Notes: generated by a model not told the origin, from the letters alone. Positions 39,457 to 50,237 are shown, counted from the first letter of the stretch. The stretch: 64,000 nucleotides of DNA from Candidatus Peregrinibacteria bacterium CG_4_9_14_0_2_um_filter_53_11 (GCA_002788775.1 PFRX01000013.1:5790-69789); one strand, 5' to 3'. Made by a program: numbers and translations.

Positions 39457-40389
39457 CTAAATATCAAGGTGCGGTAGTTTTTTTCTCCTGAGCCAGTAGA
39501 TCGGCAGTGCGATACTCACAAGGAGCGCCTCGACAATAATCGTCCAGAGGCGGCTCACCAGGGCGAAAATAAGTGCGATGTGAGGTCTTACGAGCGATCT
39601 CAGGGCAAAGACCCAGATACCTTCACGAACCCCCAGGCCACTCGGCGTGAAGAAGGCCAAGATGCTGGCCACATAAGAAAACGCGCCGATACTGATGAGG
39701 ACCGGGAGCGCCCCTAGGGGGATGGCGACAAAGGATTTCAAGAAGAGAACCTGCGAGAGGCCAATTCCCAGGAGTGCGACGATATAGATGAGCTGAAGGC
39801 TCAGAAGTCGACCAAAGCTCACCTGCTGACTCCGAACAATCAAAGGGCGTTTAACCAGTTTGAGGTAGGTATTTACGCAGAAGTAGAAGATTTTCGGGAT
39901 GAGCAAGAGGAAGCCGGCGATCAGGATCAGCCCAATGCCAATTCGCGAGAAGCGATGCAGAAGAGGAGTATAGATAAGGCCCAGAAGTCCTATGTAGGTT
40001 CCCGCCAGAATCTCCATAACACCCTCGAGCCCCGTTGTCAGAAAGGTGACCGAGTGGGGCACCCCGTGGCGCCGACAAAACTTACCTCTCCCTACCGCAA
40101 GCCAGATCTTCCCGGGGATGTACTTGCAGGGTTGGGTAATAAAAAAATAGAGCATCGCCTCGAGCATGGGGATCGGGTAGTGGAGGTCTTGCAGGATCAG
40201 GTGCCAGCCGAAACCCAGTCCGAAAAAGCTCAGTGCATAGAGGAGGGAGGCCAGTGATAGGAGGGGGAGGTCGAAGTTGAACTCGTAGGTGCTTATCTTT
40301 TCCCAACTTGCCACAAGCTCGTTGCCCAGAAAGTAGGCAACGGCGATGAAGAGGATCAGGGAGAGTAAGTTGAGTGCGTTTCGTTTCAT
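39457..40389 (-). CDS. UPF0104 / lysylphosphatidylglycerol synthase TM-family flippase-like protein
   Basis: KYIPGKIW, PSGLGVREG, ALVSRL; multiple TM segments. Confidence 0.85.
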   Translation of the reverse strand: MKRNALNLLSLILFIAVAYFLGNELVASWEKISTYEFNFDLPLLSLASLLYALSFFGLGFGWHLILQDLHYPIPMLEAMLYFFITQPCKYIPGKIWLAVGRGKFCRRHGVPHSVTFLTTGLEGVMEILAGTYIGLLGLIYTPLLHRFSRIGIGLILIAGFLLLIPKIFYFCVNTYLKLVKRPLIVRSQQVSFGRLLSLQLIYIVALLGIGLSQVLFLKSFVAIPLGALPVLISIGAFSYVASILAFFTPSGLGVREGIWVFALRSLVRPHIALIFALVSRLWTIIVEALLVSIALPIYWLRRKKLPHLDI

Positions 40390-40492
40390 GGAGAAGCCCA
40401 CTTCGCGGCGGACCTGTTCATGCTACACTCTCCCGGGGGAAAATTCCACGCCCGTAGCCAGAGCGCGGCGCTGGTGCTAGACTGTGCCCACA

Positions 40493-41698
40493 ATGGAACC
40501 GTCAGTCGATAAGCCGATTTATCTCGACCATGCCGCCACAACTTCCGTGGATGAGCGCGTCCTTGCGGCGATGCTCCCCTATTTTTCAGTGGAGTATGGC
40601 AATCCCTCAAGTCTCTACCAGCTCGGGCAGCGCGCTCGTCGGGGAATTGACGAGGCGCGGGATCAGATCGCCGGCATTTTGGGTGTCGCTCGGCGCGAAC
40701 TGATATTTACGAGCGGAGGAACGGAGAGTAATAACCTTCTAATTTTTGGAGTTGCAGAGGTGATGCAGCCTCACGGCCGGCATATAATCCTCAGTTCGAT
40801 TGAGCATGACTCGGTCCTCGAGCCCGTCCGTCATCTTGAGGAGCGAGGCTTTGAGGTGAGCCTTCTTCCGGTGGGAGAAGATGGCTTAGTTGAGCCGGCC
40901 GACCTTGCCGCGGCACTGCGGCCCGATACGATCTTGGTAAGCATCCTGTACGCCAATAACGAGATTGGCACGATCCAGCCCATTCGGGAGCTGGCTGAGG
41001 TGGTTAAAAAATTTAGGGCAGATCAGCCTCCTGCGAGCGCGGGCCGCCCGCCTCTCCTTCCCTACTTTCATACTGATGCCTGCCAGGCGGCGCCCTACCT
41101 TTCTCTGAAAGTGGAGGAGCTCGGGGTGGATGCGATGACGCTTAACGGGGGGAAGATTTACGGCCCCAAGGGAGTTGGGGTTTTGTACCTCCGCGAGGGC
41201 GTTAAACTCATGCCACAGAGCTGGGGCGGTGGCCAAGAGTACCGTATCCGAGCGGGTACGGAGAACGTTCCCGGCATCGTCGGCATGGGGCTGGCCCTTG
41301 AGCTCGTGCAGGCAGTGCGTGAGGAAGAGTCCGCGCGTCTGATTCCCCTTCGCGACCGCCTCATCGAGGGGCTTCTGAAAATTCCCGAGACGCGTCTCAA
41401 CGGGCATCCCACGAGACGTCTTCCCAACAACGTGAACGTCTCATTCCGCGGCCTTGAGGGGGAGACCATCTTAATGCGGCTCGATATGCTCAATATCGCC
41501 GCCTCCTCGGGCTCGGCCTGTTCCTCGGGCTCTCTCGACCCCTCTCACGTGATTCGTGCCCTCGGCTTGGAGCACGAGTGGAGCCACTCGTCGACGCGTT
41601 TTTCATTCGGACACGGAAGCAGTGACGAAGAGGTGAGCTTCGTTCTGAAGCACCTCCCCGGGGTTATCCGTGAGCTCCGTGAGCTCAGTCCTTTTTAG
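40493..41698 (+). CDS. iscS: Cysteine desulfurase (IscS/NifS)
   Basis: YLDHAATT, FTSGGTE, ANNEIG, HTDACQ, KIYGPKG, SSGSACSS. Confidence 0.94.
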   Translation: MEPSVDKPIYLDHAATTSVDERVLAAMLPYFSVEYGNPSSLYQLGQRARRGIDEARDQIAGILGVARRELIFTSGGTESNNLLIFGVAEVMQPHGRHIILSSIEHDSVLEPVRHLEERGFEVSLLPVGEDGLVEPADLAAALRPDTILVSILYANNEIGTIQPIRELAEVVKKFRADQPPASAGRPPLLPYFHTDACQAAPYLSLKVEELGVDAMTLNGGKIYGPKGVGVLYLREGVKLMPQSWGGGQEYRIRAGTENVPGIVGMGLALELVQAVREEESARLIPLRDRLIEGLLKIPETRLNGHPTRRLPNNVNVSFRGLEGETILMRLDMLNIAASSGSACSSGSLDPSHVIRALGLEHEWSHSSTRFSFGHGSSDEEVSFVLKHLPGVIRELRELSPF

Positions 41699-41814
41699 GG
41701 CGTCGCCTCAAAATCTTGATCCCCCTTGTCCCGCCTCATTCTCCGGGCCTTCAGGCCCCTGTGAAAAACCTATCAAAGCTATTTCTCGAGCCTTTTTCGT
41801 GCTACACTGCGCTC

Positions 41815-43365
41815 ATGTCATTTTTGGACATCATTTTCGTCTTGATCGGGCTCGCTGTAGGCGTTGGTGTAGGCGCTTTTGTTCTGAAGCCCGGTGCCTA
41901 TAATGAAGAGTCGCGCAAGAGACGTGCCAAAGAGCTTCTTCAGGAAACTGAGAAGGAGGCTGCCACGATTTTGGAGTCGGCAAAACAACACGTTGTTGAG
42001 CTTGCAGAGCAGTTTAAGTCCGAGGAGGCGGAGTTTGGCGCACAAGTTGAAACTATGGAGAAGGTCGTCGCACTCAAAGAGGCTTCCGCAGAGCGTTGGG
42101 GCGAGCGTCTCAGCGGGCTGAAGGCTACCTCCCAGAAACATGAGGATGAGCTCAAGTCACTCCGGGAGGAGGCGCGGGAGCTCTCACAAAAAATGACGGC
42201 GGAGCTCATGAACAAGGCGGCCTTCACGCTTGAGCGAGCTCACGAAGAGCTCATCCAGAAATACGAGCAGGAGTTTTCTCACGAAGCTGAGTTGCGTCTA
42301 CAGCGTTATGTGGAGTGGGTCGAAGAAGTGGCTCTCCGCGAGGCTCGCAACGCACTTACGGAGGTTATCTGCCGCTACAGCGCTCCCGCCTCACGCGAAC
42401 CTAATATGACAAAGTTGGAGGTCTCCCAAGATGCGGTAAAGGGACGTATTGTGGGCCGTGGAGGTCGCATGATCAGCTTCTTTGAAGAGCTCTTCGGTGT
42501 CGACGTCATCTTCAACGACGAGCCCAACACGATAATAATCAGCTGTTTCAACCTGGTTCAGGAGCAGACGGCTAAACTGGCGATGCAGCGTCTGATGCGC
42601 GAGCGTATTATCACTGAAAATGTGATTCTCGAGATGAAGGCCCGCGCCGATGCCGATATGGAAAAGGTCTTGAGGAAGGAGGGCGCCCGCGTTCTTGAGA
42701 TGATCGGCCTTAAAAATCTCCCGGAAGAGCTGGTTCGCCTGGTTGGTCGTCTTAACTTCCGCACAAGTTACGGCCAGAACGTCATGCGCCACTCGCTCGA
42801 GGTGGGTTACTTCTCACGCATGCTTGCCGCTATGATCGGTGCCGATGAAAAGGTCGCTTTTTACGGCGGTTTCTTCCACGATATTGGAAAGGCGATCGAT
42901 CAAGAGGTTGGCGGCTCTCACGACGCCCTCACTAAAGAGATTTTGGAGAAGTATGAGTTCTCTTGGGAGGTTACTCATGCCGCCTGGACTCACCACAACG
43001 CGATCCCTCCGGAGACCGTTGAGGCCAAGATCGTGCAGGCTGCCGATGCGATCTCTGCCGGTCGTCCCGGAGCCCGTGCCGAGTCGCTCGAGCGGTATGT
43101 TGAGCGCATGAAAGAGCTTCAGGGAATGGCCCTCTCATTTGAAGGAGTCCGGAAGGCCTTTGCCATCAATGCGGGCCGCGAGGTTCGCGCGATTGTCGAC
43201 TCAGATCGTGTCGACGACAAGAAGGTTGTAGATATTGCCGTTGATATCGCCAAAATGGTTGAAGCAAAGGGAGGTTATCCCGGAAAAATTAAGATCATCA
43301 CTATTCGCTCAACGCGCACCGCCACGACGACAAAGGGACGGGGAGGTCCACAGTTGCAGCCGTAG
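41815..43365 (+). CDS. rny: Ribonuclease Y
   Basis: N-terminal TM, coiled coil, KH (KGRIVGRGG), HD (RTSYGQNV..HS; HDIGK), ADAISAGRPGAR; start at ATG 41815. Confidence 0.94.
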   Translation: MSFLDIIFVLIGLAVGVGVGAFVLKPGAYNEESRKRRAKELLQETEKEAATILESAKQHVVELAEQFKSEEAEFGAQVETMEKVVALKEASAERWGERLSGLKATSQKHEDELKSLREEARELSQKMTAELMNKAAFTLERAHEELIQKYEQEFSHEAELRLQRYVEWVEEVALREARNALTEVICRYSAPASREPNMTKLEVSQDAVKGRIVGRGGRMISFFEELFGVDVIFNDEPNTIIISCFNLVQEQTAKLAMQRLMRERIITENVILEMKARADADMEKVLRKEGARVLEMIGLKNLPEELVRLVGRLNFRTSYGQNVMRHSLEVGYFSRMLAAMIGADEKVAFYGGFFHDIGKAIDQEVGGSHDALTKEILEKYEFSWEVTHAAWTHHNAIPPETVEAKIVQAADAISAGRPGARAESLERYVERMKELQGMALSFEGVRKAFAINAGREVRAIVDSDRVDDKKVVDIAVDIAKMVEAKGGYPGKIKIITIRSTRTATTTKGRGGPQLQP

Positions 43366-43391
43366 TATCCTTACTTTTGTCTCGCTGACTC

Positions 43392-44315
43392 ATGCATGAT
43401 GTTGTCATTATAGGTGCTGGCCCCGCTGGATTTACAGCGGCTCTTTACACGGCTAGGGCCGGTTTAAAGACGGCACTTTTTGGGATTACCAAAAACTCAA
43501 ACGCCTACAAAGCTCACCTTATAGAAAACTACTTTGGCCTGGAGAGTATCTCCGGCCCCGATCTGATGGCTCGTGGTCTTGCCCAAGCCCAGCGTTTCGG
43601 TACCGAGTTCGTCGAACGGGAAATTCTTGATATGAAGATAGCCGAGGACGGTACCTTTGAAGTCAGGGACAGTGAGCTTGTGGATTATAAGTCAAAGGCC
43701 CTGATCATCGCCTCCGGCCTGGGCTTTAAGCCCTCGGGAATTCGCAATGAGCAGAAGTTTCTGGGGAAGGGTGTCTCGTTCTGTGTCACCTGCGACGGCT
43801 TCTTTTTTAAGGGCAAGAGTGTCGCACTGCTGGGCTCGACAAACTACGCCGGCGAGGAGGCGCTGCAGATGCTCTCATACACTCCACACGTTACTGTTCT
43901 CAGCCACGGAAAAGAGTTTAGCTTCACCCCGGCTGTTCGTACCGCTTTGGAGGAGCGGGGCGTGTTCCTTCAAGAGACTCCGCGGATCACTACCTTTGAT
44001 GGGGGTGATTCGCTCGAGAAGCTGATCTTTGCCGACGGTTCCGAGCGCTCGTTTGATGGTGTCTTCATGGCTCTGGGAGTTGCCAGTGCCGGAGATTTTG
44101 CCACCAAGCTGGGGCTGGAGCGCACCGGTCCACAAAATGCCTTTATCGTGGCCGACCCTCGAACGGGTGAGACGGCAATCCCGGGCATCTATGCCGCCGG
44201 CGACTGTACCGGAGGCAACGCTCAGGCCTCGAAAAGCAGTGGAGAGGGATGTAATGCGGCCATGAGTGTGATTAAGTTTGTTAAGGGTGTTGCAGCCTAT
44301 GTTGACTACGCCTGA
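43392..44315 (+). CDS. Thioredoxin reductase-like flavoprotein
   Basis: GAGPAG, GVSFCVTCDG, GIYAAGD; NADPH-binding motifs are degenerate. Confidence 0.88.
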   Translation: MHDVVIIGAGPAGFTAALYTARAGLKTALFGITKNSNAYKAHLIENYFGLESISGPDLMARGLAQAQRFGTEFVEREILDMKIAEDGTFEVRDSELVDYKSKALIIASGLGFKPSGIRNEQKFLGKGVSFCVTCDGFFFKGKSVALLGSTNYAGEEALQMLSYTPHVTVLSHGKEFSFTPAVRTALEERGVFLQETPRITTFDGGDSLEKLIFADGSERSFDGVFMALGVASAGDFATKLGLERTGPQNAFIVADPRTGETAIPGIYAAGDCTGGNAQASKSSGEGCNAAMSVIKFVKGVAAYVDYA

Positions 44316-44402
44316 GCTCTCATGTGCTTGTATCGTAGGCCGCACTGTAATAGAGTGAGATAAAGACTCTCTAAATTTTAAAATCTTAAACCAACCTTCC
44401 TT

Positions 44403-44774
44403 ATGGCGGACGAGAAGAACCCACAAAAGATCACGAAAAAACTCGATAACATCGTCATGGGAGTGATACTCGGTGGTGCTATCGGTTCTGTTCTGGGACT
44501 TACTTTGGCACCTCGGAAGGGCAAGGAGACGCGCGAGATTATTAAGCAGAAGAGCGGCGAGATGATCGAAAAGGGAAAGGATATGGTTGAACGAGGTCGC
44601 GACCTCTCCGAGCAGTTTGTAAAAGATCATCACGAGACTATCGAAAGCGCAAAGTTCCACCTGAAGAAGAGGAAAGGTTTCTTCCGCTGGTTAAAGAGCC
44701 TTCTTTGGGGAAGCAAGACGACGGCTGGTAAGTCGGATAAGCCGGTTCCCGATGAGTCTGATGGCGAAAAGTAG
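44403..44774 (+). CDS. YtxH domain protein
   Basis: GVILGGAIGSVLGLTLAPRKGKETR. Confidence 0.85.
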   Translation: MADEKNPQKITKKLDNIVMGVILGGAIGSVLGLTLAPRKGKETREIIKQKSGEMIEKGKDMVERGRDLSEQFVKDHHETIESAKFHLKKRKGFFRWLKSLLWGSKTTAGKSDKPVPDESDGEK

Positions 44775-44807
44775 CGTTTTCTACGCATTCTGTTATCCTT
44801 CTAAGCC

Positions 44808-46664
44808 ATGAGGGCTCTCCTCCGCTTTATCCTCTTCGCCACACTTGTAACCGGACTTACCTTCGGTGCCAGTGTTTTGCAGGCGTATAGAGAAAGTGGT
44901 CGTATCGTCCCCCGCACTACTCTGGGGCCGTTGAACCTGGGTGGCCTTACTCGGGAAGAGGCGCGAAGCCTCCTGAAACAAGAAGTGGAGGCGTATCGTA
45001 CCGAGCCAGTTACGATTGCCGCACGAGGTGAGGTTTCAACCTTCACTCTTGAGGAACTGGGTGTTGTTTTCGACTTGGATGAGACCGTGGCCCAGCTTCC
45101 CGTCGCCTCTGAACTCAATAACGGCCTGCTTGTCGTACAGAGCATTGGTGGCAGCCGTATCGTGCCGGTTTTTTCTCTATCCGAGGTGGGCCTCCTGAAG
45201 CTTATTAACGAAAAGTTTCCCACGGTTCCCAAAACGAAAAACGCTTCGCTCGCTTTGGAGAAAGGTGGGCTGGTTATCGTCCCTGAAGAAAACGGTGTGA
45301 GGCCCGTTGTAGAAGAGGCGCTTGCTCAGCTGAGAGGAAACATCTCGTTTCTTGAGAAGAGTGCGCTGTTGATCTCATTTAATGAAGAATTCGCAACGGT
45401 CATCGAGTCCGACCTACAGGCTCACCTTTCCGAGATCGAGGAACATCTGCCCGAGAAACTCACACTTGAGCACGGAGAGGAGTCATGGACGGTGAACTTC
45501 AAGCAGCATCCGGACTGGCTCTCATTCAAACCCGCCACCTCACCTTTTGCCCTGCCTGGGAATAGTTCTCAGGGGGTCGAAGTGACTGGGGAGGCCGATG
45601 GGGCTGAAGAGGTTGAAGCGGAGGCTAAACCCTTGCCCCTTACGATGGAGTGGAACCCCCTCTTCTTCGGAACCTTTGTGCAGGATGAGCTCTCGCCGAC
45701 GGTCGAGGTTCCCGCTGAAGATGTCGTTATGCGCGGGAGTGAGACAGAGCCGGTTGTGATTGAGGGAAAGGGGAAAGACGGGCGAGCTGTTGAGCGAGAT
45801 AAGCTCTTAACTCAAGTTAACGTGGCTCTGGCTCAGGGGATCACCTCACTCGAGATACCCGTCAGTACCGTAGCGGCGCGTCTGGACATCGACTCTCGCC
45901 TTCAGGCTTTGGGTATAAAAGAGCTCTATGCCTTGGGCTATACGCGCTACGATGGCTCTCCGGCCAATCGTCAGCATAATATCGCCGTGGGAGTCGCGCG
46001 TTACGACGGCCTGCTCATCAAGCCGGGTGAGACTTTTTCCTTTAACGACAACTTGGGGCCGGTTGATGCCAGCACGGGGTACCGCCGGGAGCTTGTTATA
46101 AAGCCCGAGGGAACTATCCCCGAATTCGGCGGTGGACTGTGCCAGGTCTCGACTACACTTTACCGTGCGGCTATCTATGGGGGTCTGCCCATGGCAGAAC
46201 GCTCGCCACACTCGTATGCGGTCTCGTACTACTCTCAAGTTGGTGGGCATGGCCTCGATGCTACAATCTATCCTCCCTTAAAAGATCTGAAGTTTGTAAA
46301 TGACACCGGTAACTACCTTCTCATCCATTCTTATGTGGATGGAACTTCTGCCTCATTTCAGCTTTATGGTACTAAAGATGGTCGAGAGGTGGCGCTTGAA
46401 GGCCCGATGATCTTCAACCGCCAGTCGGCACCGGCCGAGCCCGTTCTTGTCTATGACCCAAGCTTGGGAAGTGGTAAGAAAAAGCAGGTTGAAAAGGCCC
46501 ACAACGGCTTTTCAACGCTCTGGTATCGAACGGTAGTTAAAGATGGAGAGGTGAGAAAAGAAGAGATCAGAAGCACCTATAGGGCCGTACCGAACAAGTA
46601 CCTGGTTGGTGACGAGGTGGCTCCGGCTAAAAATGCTGCTGATGAGGTGAACCCGTTCGAGTAG
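44808..46664 (+). CDS. VanW family protein with peptidoglycan-binding repeats
   Basis: NRQHNI, FSFND.LG, GGGLCQVSTTLYRA, HS, G.DATIY, DLKFVNDT. Confidence 0.9.
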   Translation: MRALLRFILFATLVTGLTFGASVLQAYRESGRIVPRTTLGPLNLGGLTREEARSLLKQEVEAYRTEPVTIAARGEVSTFTLEELGVVFDLDETVAQLPVASELNNGLLVVQSIGGSRIVPVFSLSEVGLLKLINEKFPTVPKTKNASLALEKGGLVIVPEENGVRPVVEEALAQLRGNISFLEKSALLISFNEEFATVIESDLQAHLSEIEEHLPEKLTLEHGEESWTVNFKQHPDWLSFKPATSPFALPGNSSQGVEVTGEADGAEEVEAEAKPLPLTMEWNPLFFGTFVQDELSPTVEVPAEDVVMRGSETEPVVIEGKGKDGRAVERDKLLTQVNVALAQGITSLEIPVSTVAARLDIDSRLQALGIKELYALGYTRYDGSPANRQHNIAVGVARYDGLLIKPGETFSFNDNLGPVDASTGYRRELVIKPEGTIPEFGGGLCQVSTTLYRAAIYGGLPMAERSPHSYAVSYYSQVGGHGLDATIYPPLKDLKFVNDTGNYLLIHSYVDGTSASFQLYGTKDGREVALEGPMIFNRQSAPAEPVLVYDPSLGSGKKKQVEKAHNGFSTLWYRTVVKDGEVRKEEIRSTYRAVPNKYLVGDEVAPAKNAADEVNPFE

Positions 46665-46698
46665 AGCTCTGAGCTCTAGTAAAACACGTCATCGGTTG

Positions 46699-47898
46699 CT
46701 AGGCGGTGGCCTCTTCGTTGAGCGCCTCCGCGACTTCCGGTTGTGGCTCCTCGGGTGGTATCTCGCCGCGCTTGATGGCGAGCGCCCGTTTGAAGCGTCG
46801 CTGGATATCCTTATCATAAGGGTTGATCTCGGCCATCTTTTTGAGGGTCTTGTAGTTGAGCATCATATCGTCTGTACGCTCGGCGAGTTCCGCAACGAGT
46901 GTGAGATACTCAGGATTGTACGAATCGAGCGCTAAGGCCCGTTGGAAGGCCGCCAGTGCCATTGCAAACTCCTCCATCTCGTAGTAGATTTGTCCGACAC
47001 TGATAAAACGCGAGGGCTTGTTCCCGTCGAGCTCTATCGCACGCTGGTAAGACTCAAGAGCCTCGGTATGCCTTCCCAAACTGTAGAGGCAGCGTCCGTA
47101 GTTGGCAAAGTAGGTGGGCTCCTTCTGATTAGTGCTAAAGAGTTTTTTATAGAGAAGCTCCGCACGCTTGTGGTTGCCCTGCGTGATATAGATAACACCC
47201 AAACGGTTGAGGCTTTCCGCGTGGAACTCATGGTATGAGAGAGCCTTGATAAACCATTTTTCCGCCTCTGCAAAGTTACCCTGGGCAAACTGTTTGTCTC
47301 CGGTGCGGAAGGCCTTGTTGATCTCGTAGTAGTTGAGGAGGTCGGCTCGTGTGGGGGGCTTTTGCGCGGGGGCCTCTTGGGTCGCCTCTCCTTCAGGTAG
47401 TGGGGCGGGGGTCTTTTTCTTAAGCAGGTGGCGAGCACGTCTCTCTCGTCCGACGGGGTTTTTGTTCTCGGGCTCTTCACTGGTTGGTTCTGAGCTTTTC
47501 GCCTCGGTAGTTTCTTCTTTCGGGGAAGAGCCGTTATCCGGTGCCAGCTCCGCCTCGTGCGATATCTCAGCTGATTCCGTTGTCTCAGTCGAGTCGATGG
47601 GGGGGATCTCCCCGCTGTCTTCTGGGGTCCGGGCATTTAGCTCTTCAGACGTTTCTTCAACTGCCAGCTCAACCTCCTGCTCTTCTTTCGAACTAACTTG
47701 AGAAAGAGGTGGTAGTGGTTCCACCACTAAGGGGTTGTCTGCAGGGGTGGCCCGGTCCACAAAAAGAGGCTGCTCGTCCGTCTCCCCGGCATGGTGTGTC
47801 GTGAGTTCAACGGCGCGTTTTGTGCGCATAACTTGAGCCTGCTTCTTGAAGATCGAGAAGAGGAGGTAGGCAGCGGCGGCGGCGATAACTAGTTCCAT
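46699..47898 (-). CDS. Membrane-anchored TPR protein
   Basis: N-terminal hydrophobic anchor, acidic disordered linker, at least 4 TPR repeats (LNRLGVIY, NYGRCLYSLG, SVGQIYYEM). Confidence 0.85.
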   Translation of the reverse strand: MELVIAAAAAYLLFSIFKKQAQVMRTKRAVELTTHHAGETDEQPLFVDRATPADNPLVVEPLPPLSQVSSKEEQEVELAVEETSEELNARTPEDSGEIPPIDSTETTESAEISHEAELAPDNGSSPKEETTEAKSSEPTSEEPENKNPVGRERRARHLLKKKTPAPLPEGEATQEAPAQKPPTRADLLNYYEINKAFRTGDKQFAQGNFAEAEKWFIKALSYHEFHAESLNRLGVIYITQGNHKRAELLYKKLFSTNQKEPTYFANYGRCLYSLGRHTEALESYQRAIELDGNKPSRFISVGQIYYEMEEFAMALAAFQRALALDSYNPEYLTLVAELAERTDDMMLNYKTLKKMAEINPYDKDIQRRFKRALAIKRGEIPPEEPQPEVAEALNEEATA

Positions 47899-47908
47899 AG
47901 CGGCTCCA

Positions 47909-48820
47909 TTATATAGTAATCATCAGCTCTTCGAGTAAAAGTCGTGGATTTACATTGCGTTCAAGGAGGTGATTAACCCTGTGTGTAGCCTCGAGCAGGG
48001 TTATGACGTGGGCTTGGGCCGCCGGATCGCCGGACGTTCCGTGGAGCTGCTGGTGAAGGTAGGTTGTGAAGAGGTCGAGAAAGTTCCGGAGGCGCTGGGG
48101 GTCTTTTGCTAGCTCCTGAATCTGCGTCATGCGCTTGGCCGTTGTGGCGGAGGTGTAGAGAAAATTAATCTCTTCGTAGAGGTCCTTGATCTCAAGGAGA
48201 TGGTCCTGATCTTCGAGAAGTTCGATGGCGCGCCCACTCATGCCAAGTGAGAGACCGATGACGCGGATAAGTGTGTCCTCATCAACCTCCGGAAAACGCT
48301 GGCGTAGACCCGCTTCCAGTTCTTCACTCGTGGGTTTTTGAAAGTGCACGAGTCTCATGCGGGAGGTGATGGTGGGGAGGATGGTGCGAAGGTAGGTTGC
48401 CGTGAAGAGGAAGATCGTCTTGCCGGTGGGCTCTTCGAGTGTTTTTAGGAGGGCGTTGGCGGCCTCGGGCGTGAATCGGTCGACGTTCTCGATGAGAATA
48501 ACTTTGTAGTTACTCTGTGAGGTACGGGAGAGGCGGTCTATGACATCGCGCATTGCCGCAACTTTGATAGTACTTCCGTCGTCGGCGATGAGGATCGTGT
48601 CGAGATGTGAGTTTTTTTTGATCTGGGCACAGGTGGAGCAGGTGTGACAGTAGTTATTCTGGCACTGGACGATCGAGGCAAACGTCTTCGCTATACTGAA
48701 CTTACCTATCTTCTCGGGACCGACAAAAAGATAGGCATGATGAGGAGTGCCAGTGCGGAGCTCCTGCTCGAGGTAGCTGAGCTGCTTTGTGTGGCCGATA
48801 CTATTCCAGTCGTAGATCAT
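47909..48820 (-). CDS. holB: DNA polymerase III delta' subunit
   Basis: HAYLFVGPEKIGK, Zn cluster CQNNYCHTCSTC, AANALLKTLEEP, LPTITSR. Confidence 0.92.
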   Translation of the reverse strand: MIYDWNSIGHTKQLSYLEQELRTGTPHHAYLFVGPEKIGKFSIAKTFASIVQCQNNYCHTCSTCAQIKKNSHLDTILIADDGSTIKVAAMRDVIDRLSRTSQSNYKVILIENVDRFTPEAANALLKTLEEPTGKTIFLFTATYLRTILPTITSRMRLVHFQKPTSEELEAGLRQRFPEVDEDTLIRVIGLSLGMSGRAIELLEDQDHLLEIKDLYEEINFLYTSATTAKRMTQIQELAKDPQRLRNFLDLFTTYLHQQLHGTSGDPAAQAHVITLLEATHRVNHLLERNVNPRLLLEELMITI

Positions 48821-48855
48821 AGCTGTTTGGGGCGATTAACTCAGTCTGCGTGGCG

Positions 48856-50112
48856 TCAGATTTTTTCCTGCCAGGCCGCTTCCTGTCGACACAGGAGCGC
48901 GGCCGCCTGTTCTGGATGGGCCATAATAATCTTTACGGCTCGTTCCAGTCTCACCTTGTTCTGTGAGCCTTTCACGAGTACGACGTCGCCTTGGGAAAGA
49001 GGGACAGTTTTTAGAAACTCCCCCGCCTCTTCCGCTGTGGCGAAGGTCTTTATATTAGCTTTCGCGAAGCCATTTTTCAAGGATGTTTCCGCGACAACTT
49101 CCCCTCCTTCACCAACGCCGATGAGCATGTCGAGCCAGTCTCCACAGGCACGGCCCACCTCGCTGTGCTTCTCTACACTATACTTCCCGAGCTCGTTCAT
49201 CGTCCCGAGGACGGCGATGCGGCGGGTCGCGGGGAAGTCGCGGAGGACTTGGAGTGTGCCGATGACCGTCTCCGGCGAGGCGTTGTAGCTGCTGTCCAAG
49301 ATAAGCGACCCGCCGCTCCCCTCGATCAAGGAAAGGCGGCCTGGGGGGAGGCGGAACTCTTGTAGGGCCTCGATGCCCGACTGGAGTGAGACGCGGCAGA
49401 GCCGTCCCACCAGGAGAGCGGCAAGAATTACATCCATATGGTGGGTGCCGGGAATGGCGAAGTGTGCGCGCACTGACTCCTCCTCACTCTTGATCGTGCC
49501 GCTAATACCGGTCCGCTCCTGGCGTACCTCTACAGCCTGCAGCTCGTTGTCGTTGAACAGGTGGAGCTCTCCGTGAATCTCTGCGCCAATGGTCTTAAGG
49601 AGCTCGTCTCCCCCGTTGAGAACAACCTTACCTCTTCGGCCCACCGCAAGGGCGAGCTTCTTCTTCTCTTCAAGGACCTCGTGCTCATTTTCGAACTGCC
49701 CCTCGGCCTGATGCCCCAGGCCGATCTTGGTCATCACTGCAATATCCGGTTTTACGATGGCCAGGAGTGAGTCCATGTCCCCGGGCTTATCGACGCCGTA
49801 TTCCAAGACGATGTACTCATAGCCACGGCCAAAAAATGAGTTGAGTGTTGCCCGCATGAGGATAGCGCCCCAACTGACAGCCGAGCGAAAACCCGACTTC
49901 TGTTCCAAAATTGTCAGGCACATACCCAGGTCTGTATTATAGCTTTTTGCGCTTCTGTAGCTGCGCCACCGTGTCTGGAGAACCCTAAAAATCGCCTCTT
50001 TCGTGCTCGTTTTCCCGTAGGAGCCGGTAACGCCGATAACGGTTGGTCGAGTCCTCCAGAGTTTGAACCGAGCAAGAAGGCGCAAGTACTCACTAATAAG
50101 CTTTTTCATCAT
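48856..50112 (-). CDS. murF: UDP-MurNAc-tripeptide--D-Ala-D-Ala ligase
   Basis: GVTGSYGKTSTKE, DSSYNASP, LGTMNELG, VLVKGSQ. Confidence 0.92.
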   Translation of the reverse strand: MMKKLISEYLRLLARFKLWRTRPTVIGVTGSYGKTSTKEAIFRVLQTRWRSYRSAKSYNTDLGMCLTILEQKSGFRSAVSWGAILMRATLNSFFGRGYEYIVLEYGVDKPGDMDSLLAIVKPDIAVMTKIGLGHQAEGQFENEHEVLEEKKKLALAVGRRGKVVLNGGDELLKTIGAEIHGELHLFNDNELQAVEVRQERTGISGTIKSEEESVRAHFAIPGTHHMDVILAALLVGRLCRVSLQSGIEALQEFRLPPGRLSLIEGSGGSLILDSSYNASPETVIGTLQVLRDFPATRRIAVLGTMNELGKYSVEKHSEVGRACGDWLDMLIGVGEGGEVVAETSLKNGFAKANIKTFATAEEAGEFLKTVPLSQGDVVLVKGSQNKVRLERAVKIIMAHPEQAAALLCRQEAAWQEKI

Positions 50113-50237
50113 CTTTAATGTAGTATTCAACTCGCCTCGGTAAATGTCAAAAAAATGCTAATCCGGACCGTTTTTTTGACTCACTGTCGAGACTCTGATA
50201 TCTCTTTGAAGCACCTATTGTCTAACTTCTTCTTTTT

